Below are positions 19,018 through 27,345 of a stretch of 64,000 nucleotides of DNA, one piece after another. Origin of the DNA: Spirochaetia bacterium (GTDB taxonomy: Bacteria; Spirochaetota; Spirochaetia; UBA9216); NCBI GenBank assembly GCA_965140585.1, contig OZ223270.1, forward strand, positions 352,001 through 416,000, read 5' to 3'. The notes under the pieces are model-generated. The model had not been told where the DNA came from and made no database searches. It saw only the letters and a program-made list of their open reading frames with translations. How positions within the stretch are numbered: position 1 is the stretch's first letter; each line of letters opens with the position of its first letter. The position numbers were made by a program, and so were the translations under genes.

Positions 19018-20120
19018 TATGATTTAATCATTGCCTCCCTCAGCATATCCTGAGCAATTTTATTCAGAGGAAGGATATTATCGACCCCGCCTTTTTTTAC
19101 AGCCTCATTGGGCATGCCGTATACAACACAGCTTGCTTCATCCTGAGCAATATTGTATGCTCCCGCCTGCTTCATTTCAAGCATCCCTGCAGCTCCATCG
19201 TCGCCCATGCCGGTCATGATAATACCTATAGCATTCTTGCCTGCATACCTTGCTGTTGATCTGAAAAGTACATCTACCGACGGCCGGTGCCTGCTGACAA
19301 GCGGACCATCCTTTATTTCTACATAATATCTTGCACCGCTTCGTTTAAGAAGCATATGCTTATTACCAGGTGCAATTAAAGCATGTCCGCGAAGGACCGT
19401 ATCGTTATTCTCTGCTTCCTTAACTGTTATAGCACAAAGGGTATTAAGTCTCTCGGCAAAACTTCTGGTAAATTTCTCAGGCATGTGCTGAACAATAACA
19501 ATCCCGGGACTGTTTGCCGGCAGCGACTCAAGAAAAAGTTTCAGAGCCTCGGTACCGCCGGTGGAAGCTCCTACTGAAACGACTTTTTCAGTTGTTTCAA
19601 TAACCTTGTAGTTTGCCTGGCCGGGAATAATTACATCGGCTGTAAGTTTGGGGGCGACGCTGTGCTTGGCCATGACTGCTGTCGGGGTAACTCCTCCGCC
19701 GGATTTCCGGCTAACACGTGAGGCTGCAGCGCTCCTTACTGCATCGCTGATTATTATTTTGGACTCCTCAATAAACTGTTTTGTACCAAGCTTCGGTTTT
19801 CTGATAATATCCACCGCCCCTGCTTCAAGCGCATTTATAGCATTCTGGGAATTAGATTCCGCCTGACTTGAACATATTATCACAGGAAGAGGGTTAGTGC
19901 TCATAACCTGACGCAAAAAAGTTATTCCGTCCATCCTCGGCATTTCAATATCCAGAGTAATTACATCCGGTTTCACAGTCTTAAGTTTATCTGCGGCAAC
20001 AAGAGGATCCCTTGCCACACCAATTACTTCGATATCATCAGTGCTGTTAAGGATTTCTGTCATTGTCTGTCTGACAACTGCTGAATCATCAACTACCAGC
20101 ACTTTAATTTTATCTTTCAT
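19017..20120 (-). CDS. cheB: Chemotaxis methylesterase CheB
   Basis: REC domain plus [26 protein letters not shown]. Confidence 0.97.
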   Translation of the reverse strand: MKDKIKVLVVDDSAVVRQTMTEILNSTDDIEVIGVARDPLVAADKLKTVKPDVITLDIEMPRMDGITFLRQVMSTNPLPVIICSSQAESNSQNAINALEAGAVDIIRKPKLGTKQFIEESKIIISDAVRSAAASRVSRKSGGGVTPTAVMAKHSVAPKLTADVIIPGQANYKVIETTEKVVSVGASTGGTEALKLFLESLPANSPGIVIVQHMPEKFTRSFAERLNTLCAITVKEAENNDTVLRGHALIAPGNKHMLLKRSGARYYVEIKDGPLVSRHRPSVDVLFRSTARYAGKNAIGIIMTGMGDDGAAGMLEMKQAGAYNIAQDEASCVVYGMPNEAVKKGGVDNILPLNKIAQDMLREAMIKS

Positions 20121-20127
20121 ATTTCAA

Positions 20128-20970
20128 CTACTCCTTAAGATAGACGGAAGATCCCACAGTCTCCAAATTGCTTCTCATACCAGCCAGACTTTCCGAATGG
20201 CCGAGAAAAAGATAGGAATGAGGAGTCATATGATTTACCAACCTTCTGATGACATCGGTCTGATTTGCCTTACTGAAATAGATCAGGACATTCCTGCAGA
20301 AAACAATATCATAATGATCTTTGAGTCCATACTGTTCCTTCTTTAAATTAATTTCCCTAAACCTGACTCTGTTGCGGATGAACGGCTTAACCCTTACAAA
20401 CGAAGAGTTTTCACCCTTGCCGCGCATAAAATACTTTTTCTTGAATGCATCGGAAACTACATCAATTTCACGAATCGGATAGATAGCTTTTTTAGCCTTT
20501 TCCAGAACAGAAGGGCTTATATCCGTGGCTGTTATTGAATAATCCAGCGGTCCGTGTTTTTCTATAAACTCCTCCATGAACATAGCCATGTTATAAGGCT
20601 CGGGTCCCGTGGAACAGGCTACGGACCATAACTTTATCTCACGTCTGGTTTTCACAATCTCCGGAAGTGCAGTGTGAAGCATAAATTCAAAATGAGCCGG
20701 TTCCCTCATGAAGTCCGTCTTGTTAGTTGTTATGGCATCTATCATCTCAATGATTTCTTCTTCACCCTGAGGTGTGTTGAAGACAAAATCCACATATTCC
20801 TTAAATGTCGGGATATTCAGAAGCTTCAGTCTTTTCTGAAGCCTGGATTCAAGCAGAGTCCTTTTTACCGGAGGAAGTTTAATTCCTACTTCCTCTTCAA
20901 TAAATGCACTCAGTCTGGAAAATTCCCGGTCTCCGATTTTTTTTATTCCAAGTTCAGCTGTGTTTTCCAT
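20128..20970 (-). CDS. cheR: Chemotaxis methyltransferase CheR
   Basis: TTNKTDFMRE, WSVACSTGPEPY, ATDIS, FCRNVLIYF, LGHSE. Confidence 0.97.
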   Translation of the reverse strand: MENTAELGIKKIGDREFSRLSAFIEEEVGIKLPPVKRTLLESRLQKRLKLLNIPTFKEYVDFVFNTPQGEEEIIEMIDAITTNKTDFMREPAHFEFMLHTALPEIVKTRREIKLWSVACSTGPEPYNMAMFMEEFIEKHGPLDYSITATDISPSVLEKAKKAIYPIREIDVVSDAFKKKYFMRGKGENSSFVRVKPFIRNRVRFREINLKKEQYGLKDHYDIVFCRNVLIYFSKANQTDVIRRLVNHMTPHSYLFLGHSESLAGMRSNLETVGSSVYLKE

Positions 20971-23107
20971 TTACAAAGTTCTCTTCTTTAAGCTTTGATG
21001 TTTTAATCAAACCTTCCGTATCAAGTATTAAAGCAACAGTCCCGTCTCCAAGAATTGTTGCTCCCGAAAACCCTTTTGCATTCTTAAAAATCGATGATAA
21101 TGACTTTATTACCGTCTGATTTTCACCTATTACCCTGTCTACGCAGAAACCAACCTGCTGTCCTTCGGATTTCACTACTACAATCTGTTCAATTTCAGGC
21201 CGTTCATCATCGATACCGAATTCTGTTCTCAGATCGATATAAGGAAGCAATGCGCCCCTGAACGGAATCATTTTCCTGCTTGAACTGCTTGGCCTGTCTT
21301 CTGCCTTACTTTCAATACAGGCTTCAACCACACCCAGAGGAAATATGTAGTTATGATCCGAAACACTTACCAGAAATCCGTCAATAATGGCCAGAGTCAG
21401 GGGCAGTGACAGTGATATCCTGGTAAACTCACCTTCCTGACTTTCTATGCGGACAGTTCCATTGAGGCTTTCAATCTGCCTTTTGACGACATCCATTCCT
21501 ACTCCGCGGCCGGACACATTGGTAACCTGGGCGGCAGTCGAAAATCCCGGGGCAAAAATCATCTGAAAAATCTCTTCTTCAGTAAGACCGCTCTCGGTTG
21601 TTATAATCTTGTTTTTTAATGCCTTGTCCAGTATTTTACGCTTGTTGAGTCCTGCCCCGTCATCTTCAATTATGATGCGTACCGAAGCTCCGGCATGTTC
21701 AGCCTTTAAAGTCAGTGTTCCTTCTCCAGGCTTCCCTGCAGCCCGGCGGACATCAGGGGCCTCTATTCCGTGATCCAGAGAATTTCTAATCAGATGAACC
21801 AACGGATCATTGAGTTTCTCGATAACAGTCTTATCGAGTTCTGTTTCTTCACCCTCTGTTACAAGATTCACGGTTTTGCCCATATCATTTGAAAGATCAC
21901 GAACCAGACGCTTGAACCTGCTGAATGTTGTTCCAATAGGAAGAAGTCTCATACTCATGGTATTCTCACGCAGACTCTCGGTTATCCTTCCAAGCTGTTC
22001 AACCATTGAATGCAGTTCTGCGTTAGTACTTGCACTTTCACGATCAATCCTTGCGTGGACAGTTACGAGCTCACCAACCAGATTTACCAGCTCATCAAGC
22101 TTGTCGGAATTAACTCTGAGTGAAGCGGTACCGGCTTTTTCCTTCTCCGCCCGTTTTTCATTTACTGTTTTTATAAAGTTCTGTTCTGAAAGAGCCTTTT
22201 CAACTGCCTCTTCGGTAGCGATGTTATTTTCAAGTATCAGCTCGCCAAGTCTTTTCTGTTTTCCAAGAAGGTTTCGGAGTGCATCCTCATCAATATCGCC
22301 GCGATCAAGAAGAATCTGGCCCAACTTGGGAGTTGAACCGTCTACGCCCTCAAGGTTTGATTCCGGAACCATTTCAATGATCAGCTCGGATTCATTTTCA
22401 ACAAAGATGAAAACATCTCTTATTTCATTGCCGCCTTTGGAGGAAAGAAGGAGAATATCCCAGAATATATAACATTTTTCAGGATCGATTGAATCAAGAT
22501 CCGGAATGCCGCTGATGTCTGGAAGAACCAGAGTTTCACCAAGTTCTGCCAGCTCCTGTATAAGCAGAATGGGATTAGTCCCGTTCATAAAGATATCTTC
22601 TGAAGGTTTGAATTTTATTCGCCATAAATTTTCAGGTTCTTTCTGCTGTTCCGGCTCAGCTTTCTTCGCCGGGCTGCTTTCTTTCTCTTCCCCTCCCGAA
22701 TCTTTTCCTGCAATCTCCTGAAATTTAACTGCAGCCTGAAACTTTGTAACTATTTCAGATGATTTTTCAATCAAAACCTTTCTTACATCAGGAAGCTCAT
22801 CAGCCTCAATAAGAGCGGTTATGTGATCTCCCGATTTAAGAGTCCAGTCAATCAGTTCCCTGCTTACCGCAAGCTTGTCTTCCCTTACAGCATCAAGAAT
22901 ATTCTCAATATGATGGGTAAATTCAGACACATACTCGAAGCCGAACATGGCCGAAGAGCCCTTAATCGTGTGAATAATTCTGAATACAGCTGAAACCTTC
23001 TCTTTATCATCCGGAAACTCTTCCATCTCAAGAAGTTTAGATTCAAGCGAGCTGAGTAACTCCGTGGCTTCTTCAATAAATGCCGTTTTAAACTGATCAG
23101 CGTTCAT
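20954..23107 (-). CDS. cheA: Chemotaxis histidine kinase CheA with an inserted MshEN-like tandem motif
   Basis: Hpt FRIIHTIKG; HLIRNSLDHGIE; GFSTA..VTNVSGRGVGMDVV; C-terminal CheW domain. Start 23107 follows aggag. Confidence 0.97.
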   Translation of the reverse strand: MNADQFKTAFIEEATELLSSLESKLLEMEEFPDDKEKVSAVFRIIHTIKGSSAMFGFEYVSEFTHHIENILDAVREDKLAVSRELIDWTLKSGDHITALIEADELPDVRKVLIEKSSEIVTKFQAAVKFQEIAGKDSGGEEKESSPAKKAEPEQQKEPENLWRIKFKPSEDIFMNGTNPILLIQELAELGETLVLPDISGIPDLDSIDPEKCYIFWDILLLSSKGGNEIRDVFIFVENESELIIEMVPESNLEGVDGSTPKLGQILLDRGDIDEDALRNLLGKQKRLGELILENNIATEEAVEKALSEQNFIKTVNEKRAEKEKAGTASLRVNSDKLDELVNLVGELVTVHARIDRESASTNAELHSMVEQLGRITESLRENTMSMRLLPIGTTFSRFKRLVRDLSNDMGKTVNLVTEGEETELDKTVIEKLNDPLVHLIRNSLDHGIEAPDVRRAAGKPGEGTLTLKAEHAGASVRIIIEDDGAGLNKRKILDKALKNKIITTESGLTEEEIFQMIFAPGFSTAAQVTNVSGRGVGMDVVKRQIESLNGTVRIESQEGEFTRISLSLPLTLAIIDGFLVSVSDHNYIFPLGVVEACIESKAEDRPSSSSRKMIPFRGALLPYIDLRTEFGIDDERPEIEQIVVVKSEGQQVGFCVDRVIGENQTVIKSLSSIFKNAKGFSGATILGDGTVALILDTEGLIKTSKLKEENFVNGKHS

Positions 23108-23444
23108 ATCCGGTTCTCCTGATGTTATAACAGTCATCCTGTCCGGTTTTGCTGCAGAGACAGAATCCGTTTGCAACAACCTTCTGATAAATATCTTCGT
23201 TCAGCTCGCCTGTAAAACAGTAAGCGGATCCGCCCTTTTCCGCTGATTTTTGAGCTGATATCAGCAGCTGAATCCCTGATAAATCTATTCGTTCAACTTC
23301 ACTGAGGTTTATGGATCCTTCCTTAGCCTTTTTCAGACCTTCCTTTAAAACTTCAAGAACTTCGGCTGTATTGGCAACAGTAAGATCTCTAAGGATTTTG
23401 CCCTTTTTCATCAAAATTTCTCCATCGAAAACCTCAGAAATCAT
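23097..23444 (-). CDS. STAS domain protein (chemotaxis-associated)
   Basis: DLTVAN, NLSEVERIDLSGIQLL STAS motif; first gene of the che operon. Confidence 0.8.
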   Translation of the reverse strand: MISEVFDGEILMKKGKILRDLTVANTAEVLEVLKEGLKKAKEGSINLSEVERIDLSGIQLLISAQKSAEKGGSAYCFTGELNEDIYQKVVANGFCLCSKTGQDDCYNIRRTGYER

Positions 23445-23481
23445 AGATTTTTGAAGTTCCCTATAATTATTCCTGATTTAA

Positions 23482-23510
23482 ATTATGGTGGATCCAAATT
23501 CCAAAGTCAA
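23482..23510 (-). promoter_or_regulatory. Sigma70 promoter of the che operon
   Basis: Minus strand TTGACT-17 bp-CATAAT. Confidence 0.65.
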
Positions 23511-23512
23511 AG

Positions 23513-23551
23513 AAAGAGGATTCTAAAAAAATAAGTTTTAGAACCCTCTTT
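23513..23551 (-). terminator. Terminator of the ECF-VWA operon, abutting the che -35 box
   Basis: 16-bp arms aaagaggattctaaaa/ttttagaaccctcttt (one G-U on the minus strand), followed by a T-rich tract on the minus strand. Confidence 0.6.
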
Positions 23552-23627
23552 AAATATTTTTAATTTTTATGCAGTAATTAAATAATCAGATACCTCCATA
23601 CTGAAAATTCAGCACAAGGATCCTGTT

Positions 23628-25586
23628 TTAATGTTCTGAAGCCGCCATTAGAGCCCTGGTCTTGTATAGCAGTGTCAGAAACTCTGCACGGTATCCATAA
23701 GGATCTTCGCCAAGGGATTTCTTAACAGCACCGATTACATGCTCAATGGACGCCTCCGGGGCATATTCCGACTGCCTCAACATCATTCCCCATTCAGCGA
23801 CGGCTGAGGCAAACATCAGATTCTCGGACAGCTTTTCTGCAGGACGGCTGCTGATCACTTTCTCGGTAAGCAGACTTTCTGTTTCTCCGGGATTCTTATA
23901 CCTGAACTTCAGGTATCCTAGCTCTCCGTTATCTTCGGCACCGTCTGCTGTTGTACTCGTCTGATAGCGCAGAGTTGAAGTAAGTGCACCTTCTGCAGGT
24001 TTAATCTCATAAAGGGCTGTAACGCTGTGTCCGGCACCTATTTCACCGGCATCCTTTTTATCATCATCAAAATCCTGAGCCGCCATAACCCTGTTTTCAT
24101 AGCCAATCAGCCTGTATTCACCTACATATGCCGGGTTGAACTCTATCTGAATCTTCACATCTGAAGCTATTGTAAACATAGTACCTGAAAGCCCTTCTAC
24201 AAGCACCTTCCGGGCCTCATTCAGGGTATCAATATATGCATAGTTTCCATTTCCCTTATCCGCAAGACTTTCCATTCTTGAATCTTTATAATTTCCCATC
24301 CCGAAACCAAGAACTGTCAGGTAGATACCCTGGTCGCGTTTGCTTTCGATTAGCCTTATAAGTTCTCCTTCTGATGATGCGCCGACATTAAAATCTCCAT
24401 CGGTTGCAAGAATAATCCGGTTATTACCGTTTTTAAAGAGATTTTCGGTTGCTACACTGTAGGCAAGCTCAATGCCTTCACCGCCGGCTGTGGATCCGCC
24501 CGCATCAAGGTTATCAATTGCTTCAAAGATCGCATCCTTGTCATTTCCTGAAACAGGAGGTAGTACAAGACCAGCAGACCCTGCATATGCAACAATAGAA
24601 ACACGATCTTCCGGCCGCAGCTGATCAGTCAGCATTGCCATTGCCTGTTTAAGAAGAGGAAGCTTGTTTTCATCCTGCATGGAGCCTGAAGAATCTATCA
24701 GAAAAACGATATTTGATTCAGGAATCTTTTCAAACTCAACAGTTTTGCCCTGAAGGCCGACCATCAACAGCAGATTGTCCTCATTCCATGGACAGGCGGC
24801 AAGCTCAGTATTCAGACTGAAGGGCTCGCTCCCCTCCGGCTGGGGATAGTCATAGTCAAAGTAGTTTATAAGCTCTTCTATCCTGACCGAATCAGGATAA
24901 GGCATACTTCCATTATTAAGGAACCGCCGTACATTTGAATATGAAGCAGTATCAACATCTATCGAAAAGGTGGACAGAGGCTGTTCTGCTGGGCTATAAA
25001 ACGCATTTTCATAGATTCTGCTGTATTCCTCGGTATTAAAATCCTCAGGTGCAGCTGCACTCGATATACTGTCGTCAAAAAAATCAGCAGAGATCTCTTC
25101 ATCAGCTATGGCCAGCCCCATCGGCGCATTCATCCTCTTCATCTCAGCCGCCGGAGCTGACAGCTGTTTGGCCAGCTTATTAGCAGCCTCCTCCTTCCTC
25201 AGGGCGTTTTTAGTTTCGACAGCATAATCACGCTCCTGTTCAGTTGTTCTCACTTCAGCAGACTCGGCGGCACCTGCCCCCCTTAGAACCCTGCTGATTT
25301 CCGGTCTTACGGCAAAGGTGAGTACAAGAACCAGCGCCGCAGCAAGCCCTGCGGCTCCTACGAAGGCTTTTCTATGCATTATTAAAAACGGAACTTTTTT
25401 CCGATCCTTTTCTTCCATTTTTGAAATCAGCTCAGACTTAAGCCTGGCCTTGAATTCTGCATCCGGCTCGGCATCGGGTCTGCTTTTTATAAGTTCGTCT
25501 ATCAGCTTTTTCAATTCAGCCTCCTCATTTCTGAGTGAAGGGTCAATCCGGTATAAATCTTGTAGAATCTCATTAATATTCATCAT
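23628..25586 (-). CDS. YfbK-like VWA domain protein with N-terminal cytoplasmic segment and TM (putative anti-sigma factor)
   Basis: PLSTFSIDVDTASYSNVRRFL, MIDAS DSSGSM, ILATDGDFNVG, YRLIGYENR, DAGEIGAGHSVTALYE. TM near residues 75-95. RBS aaggag. Confidence 0.88.
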   Translation of the reverse strand: MMNINEILQDLYRIDPSLRNEEAELKKLIDELIKSRPDAEPDAEFKARLKSELISKMEEKDRKKVPFLIMHRKAFVGAAGLAAALVLVLTFAVRPEISRVLRGAGAAESAEVRTTEQERDYAVETKNALRKEEAANKLAKQLSAPAAEMKRMNAPMGLAIADEEISADFFDDSISSAAAPEDFNTEEYSRIYENAFYSPAEQPLSTFSIDVDTASYSNVRRFLNNGSMPYPDSVRIEELINYFDYDYPQPEGSEPFSLNTELAACPWNEDNLLLMVGLQGKTVEFEKIPESNIVFLIDSSGSMQDENKLPLLKQAMAMLTDQLRPEDRVSIVAYAGSAGLVLPPVSGNDKDAIFEAIDNLDAGGSTAGGEGIELAYSVATENLFKNGNNRIILATDGDFNVGASSEGELIRLIESKRDQGIYLTVLGFGMGNYKDSRMESLADKGNGNYAYIDTLNEARKVLVEGLSGTMFTIASDVKIQIEFNPAYVGEYRLIGYENRVMAAQDFDDDKKDAGEIGAGHSVTALYEIKPAEGALTSTLRYQTSTTADGAEDNGELGYLKFRYKNPGETESLLTEKVISSRPAEKLSENLMFASAVAEWGMMLRQSEYAPEASIEHVIGAVKKSLGEDPYGYRAEFLTLLYKTRALMAASEH

Positions 25587-25593
25587 CAGCTCC

Positions 25594-26193
25594 TTATTCA
25601 ATGAATGTTGTGAAACCGATAAACAACAGGTAAAGAGAGAGAGGTGCGGTATCTTTGAGGTGCTTCAGGGTTCTACCAAAGCTCATTTTGCAGGAAGCTT
25701 CGGACTTTCCTGTTACTGCTGCAATTTCTGCAAAGCTCAGATCATCCCATATACGAAGCATGATCAGCTCACGTTTGCCTGCTGGAAGCTCCATCAGCAC
25801 GGGCTTCAGCTTTTCCCAGTAGATACGGTTATGTACATCAACTACATGATCTTCTTCGGAAGGAATTTCCCAGACATCGGAAGGGTTTTCTCTTCTTTCA
25901 GCGGATCTGAAATGATCGATTACAGTATTAGCCGCAATCCTGTACAGCCAGGTACTAAAACTGCCTTTTCCGGGGTTAAATCGTTCAAGCATGTCCAGAG
26001 CCTTCAGAAATGTTTTTGAGCACAGATCTTCGGCCGTTTCTCTGTGCATGGTCCGGTAGTAAATGTAGCGGTAAATTCTGTCAAAAAACAGTTCATACAG
26101 CCTGCCGAATGAATCCGTCGATCCGTCCTGAGCAGCCTTTACCAGTTTTTCCGTCTCTCTAACCATAACAATATTCCTTTTGTCGTTCATCAC
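25594..26193 (-). CDS. ECF RNA polymerase sigma factor
   Basis: FGRLYE, AEDLCSKTFLKA, FSTWLYRIAANTVID, LSFAEIA. Confidence 0.92.
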   Translation of the reverse strand: MMNDKRNIVMVRETEKLVKAAQDGSTDSFGRLYELFFDRIYRYIYYRTMHRETAEDLCSKTFLKALDMLERFNPGKGSFSTWLYRIAANTVIDHFRSAERRENPSDVWEIPSEEDHVVDVHNRIYWEKLKPVLMELPAGKRELIMLRIWDDLSFAEIAAVTGKSEASCKMSFGRTLKHLKDTAPLSLYLLFIGFTTFIE

Positions 26194-26198
26194 AGAAT

Positions 26199-26226
26199 AC
26201 TACGGAGCTGTCTGAAAAAGGTAACA
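26199..26226 (-). promoter_or_regulatory. ECF-type autoregulatory promoter
   Basis: Minus strand TGTTAC-16 bp-CGTAGT, 5-8 nt before the GTG/ATG start. Confidence 0.6.
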
Positions 26227-26385
26227 GAAATATTTAAAAAAAATCCAGCCGATTTTTATATATAGCGTATTTCCTATGTTGATTTTTTTTCGTATATTGA
26301 TAGACAAGCTTATATTAAAACAAACCATTATTCTTCTTATTTGAAAGGATTTGTGTTAAATTAATTCTATACAGGAGTGTTATCT

Positions 26386-27327
26386 ATGAAAAAAATTATC
26401 ATTGTCGGATCGGGACCTGCCGGTCATACTGCAGCAATATACAGCGCCCGGGCAGGAATGGACCCGCTTATGTACGAAGGCTGGATGGCCGGAGGAATCG
26501 CCCCGGGAGGACAGCTTACAACTACCGGAACAGTAGAAAACTTCCCCGGATTTCCTGACGGAGTCGGGGGAACAGAACTAATGATGATGATGAGGGCACA
26601 GGCTGTGAATACCGGTGTCGAGATTCTTACAGAAACAGTTGATTCAGTTGACCTCTCAAAACGGCCCTTCAAGGTTGTTACTTCAGAAGGCGAACAGGAA
26701 GCTGAAGTAGTAATAATTGCCACCGGAGCTATTGCAAAAAGAATGAGAGTTCCGCACGAAGATGATTTCTGGCAGAGGGGAATTTCCGCCTGTGCCGTAT
26801 GCGACGGAGCACTTCCGGTATTCAGAAATCAGCCCCTCGTTGTTGTCGGCGGCGGAGATTCGGCCATGGAAGAGGCCATGCACCTTTCCAAATTCGGAAG
26901 CAAGGTTTATATCGTTCACAGAAGAGACGAATTAAGAGCCAGCAAGGCAATGCAGGAGAGAGTTTTAGCGAATCCTAAAATAGAGGTACTTTGGAGCACG
27001 ACCCTGGTTGATGTTAAAGGCGATAATGCACTGACTCATGTGGTTCTTGAAGATGTTAAAACCGGCGAACAGCGGGATCACGAGGCGAAGGGTCTTTTCT
27101 ATGCAATAGGACACAAGCCCAACACTGATTTTCTTGCAGGACAGCTTGAACTTGATTCGGAAGGGTATATAATAACAAAAACCGGAACAACAGAAACTTC
27201 GGTAGAAGGCGTTTTTGCCGCCGGTGATGTTCAGGATAAAAAGTACAGACAGGCTATTACATCTGCAGGATCCGGCTGCATGGCCGCGCTTGAAGCAGAA
27301 AAATATATATCAGCTAACCCTCTTTAA
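26386..27327 (+). CDS. trxB: Thioredoxin reductase
   Basis: [46 protein letters not shown]. Confidence 0.96.
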   Translation: MKKIIIVGSGPAGHTAAIYSARAGMDPLMYEGWMAGGIAPGGQLTTTGTVENFPGFPDGVGGTELMMMMRAQAVNTGVEILTETVDSVDLSKRPFKVVTSEGEQEAEVVIIATGAIAKRMRVPHEDDFWQRGISACAVCDGALPVFRNQPLVVVGGGDSAMEEAMHLSKFGSKVYIVHRRDELRASKAMQERVLANPKIEVLWSTTLVDVKGDNALTHVVLEDVKTGEQRDHEAKGLFYAIGHKPNTDFLAGQLELDSEGYIITKTGTTETSVEGVFAAGDVQDKKYRQAITSAGSGCMAALEAEKYISANPL

Positions 27328-27345
27328 AAGAAGGCGATAGAAATT

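Noticed and set aside
21810-22472. 220-aa plus-strand ORF inside cheA
   Set aside because: Ser-rich antisense-frame shadow of a well-supported gene; no motifs or RBS.
25318-26019. 233-aa plus-strand ORF spanning the ECF/VWA genes
   Set aside because: Antisense to two confident CDSs; composition typical of shadow ORFs.
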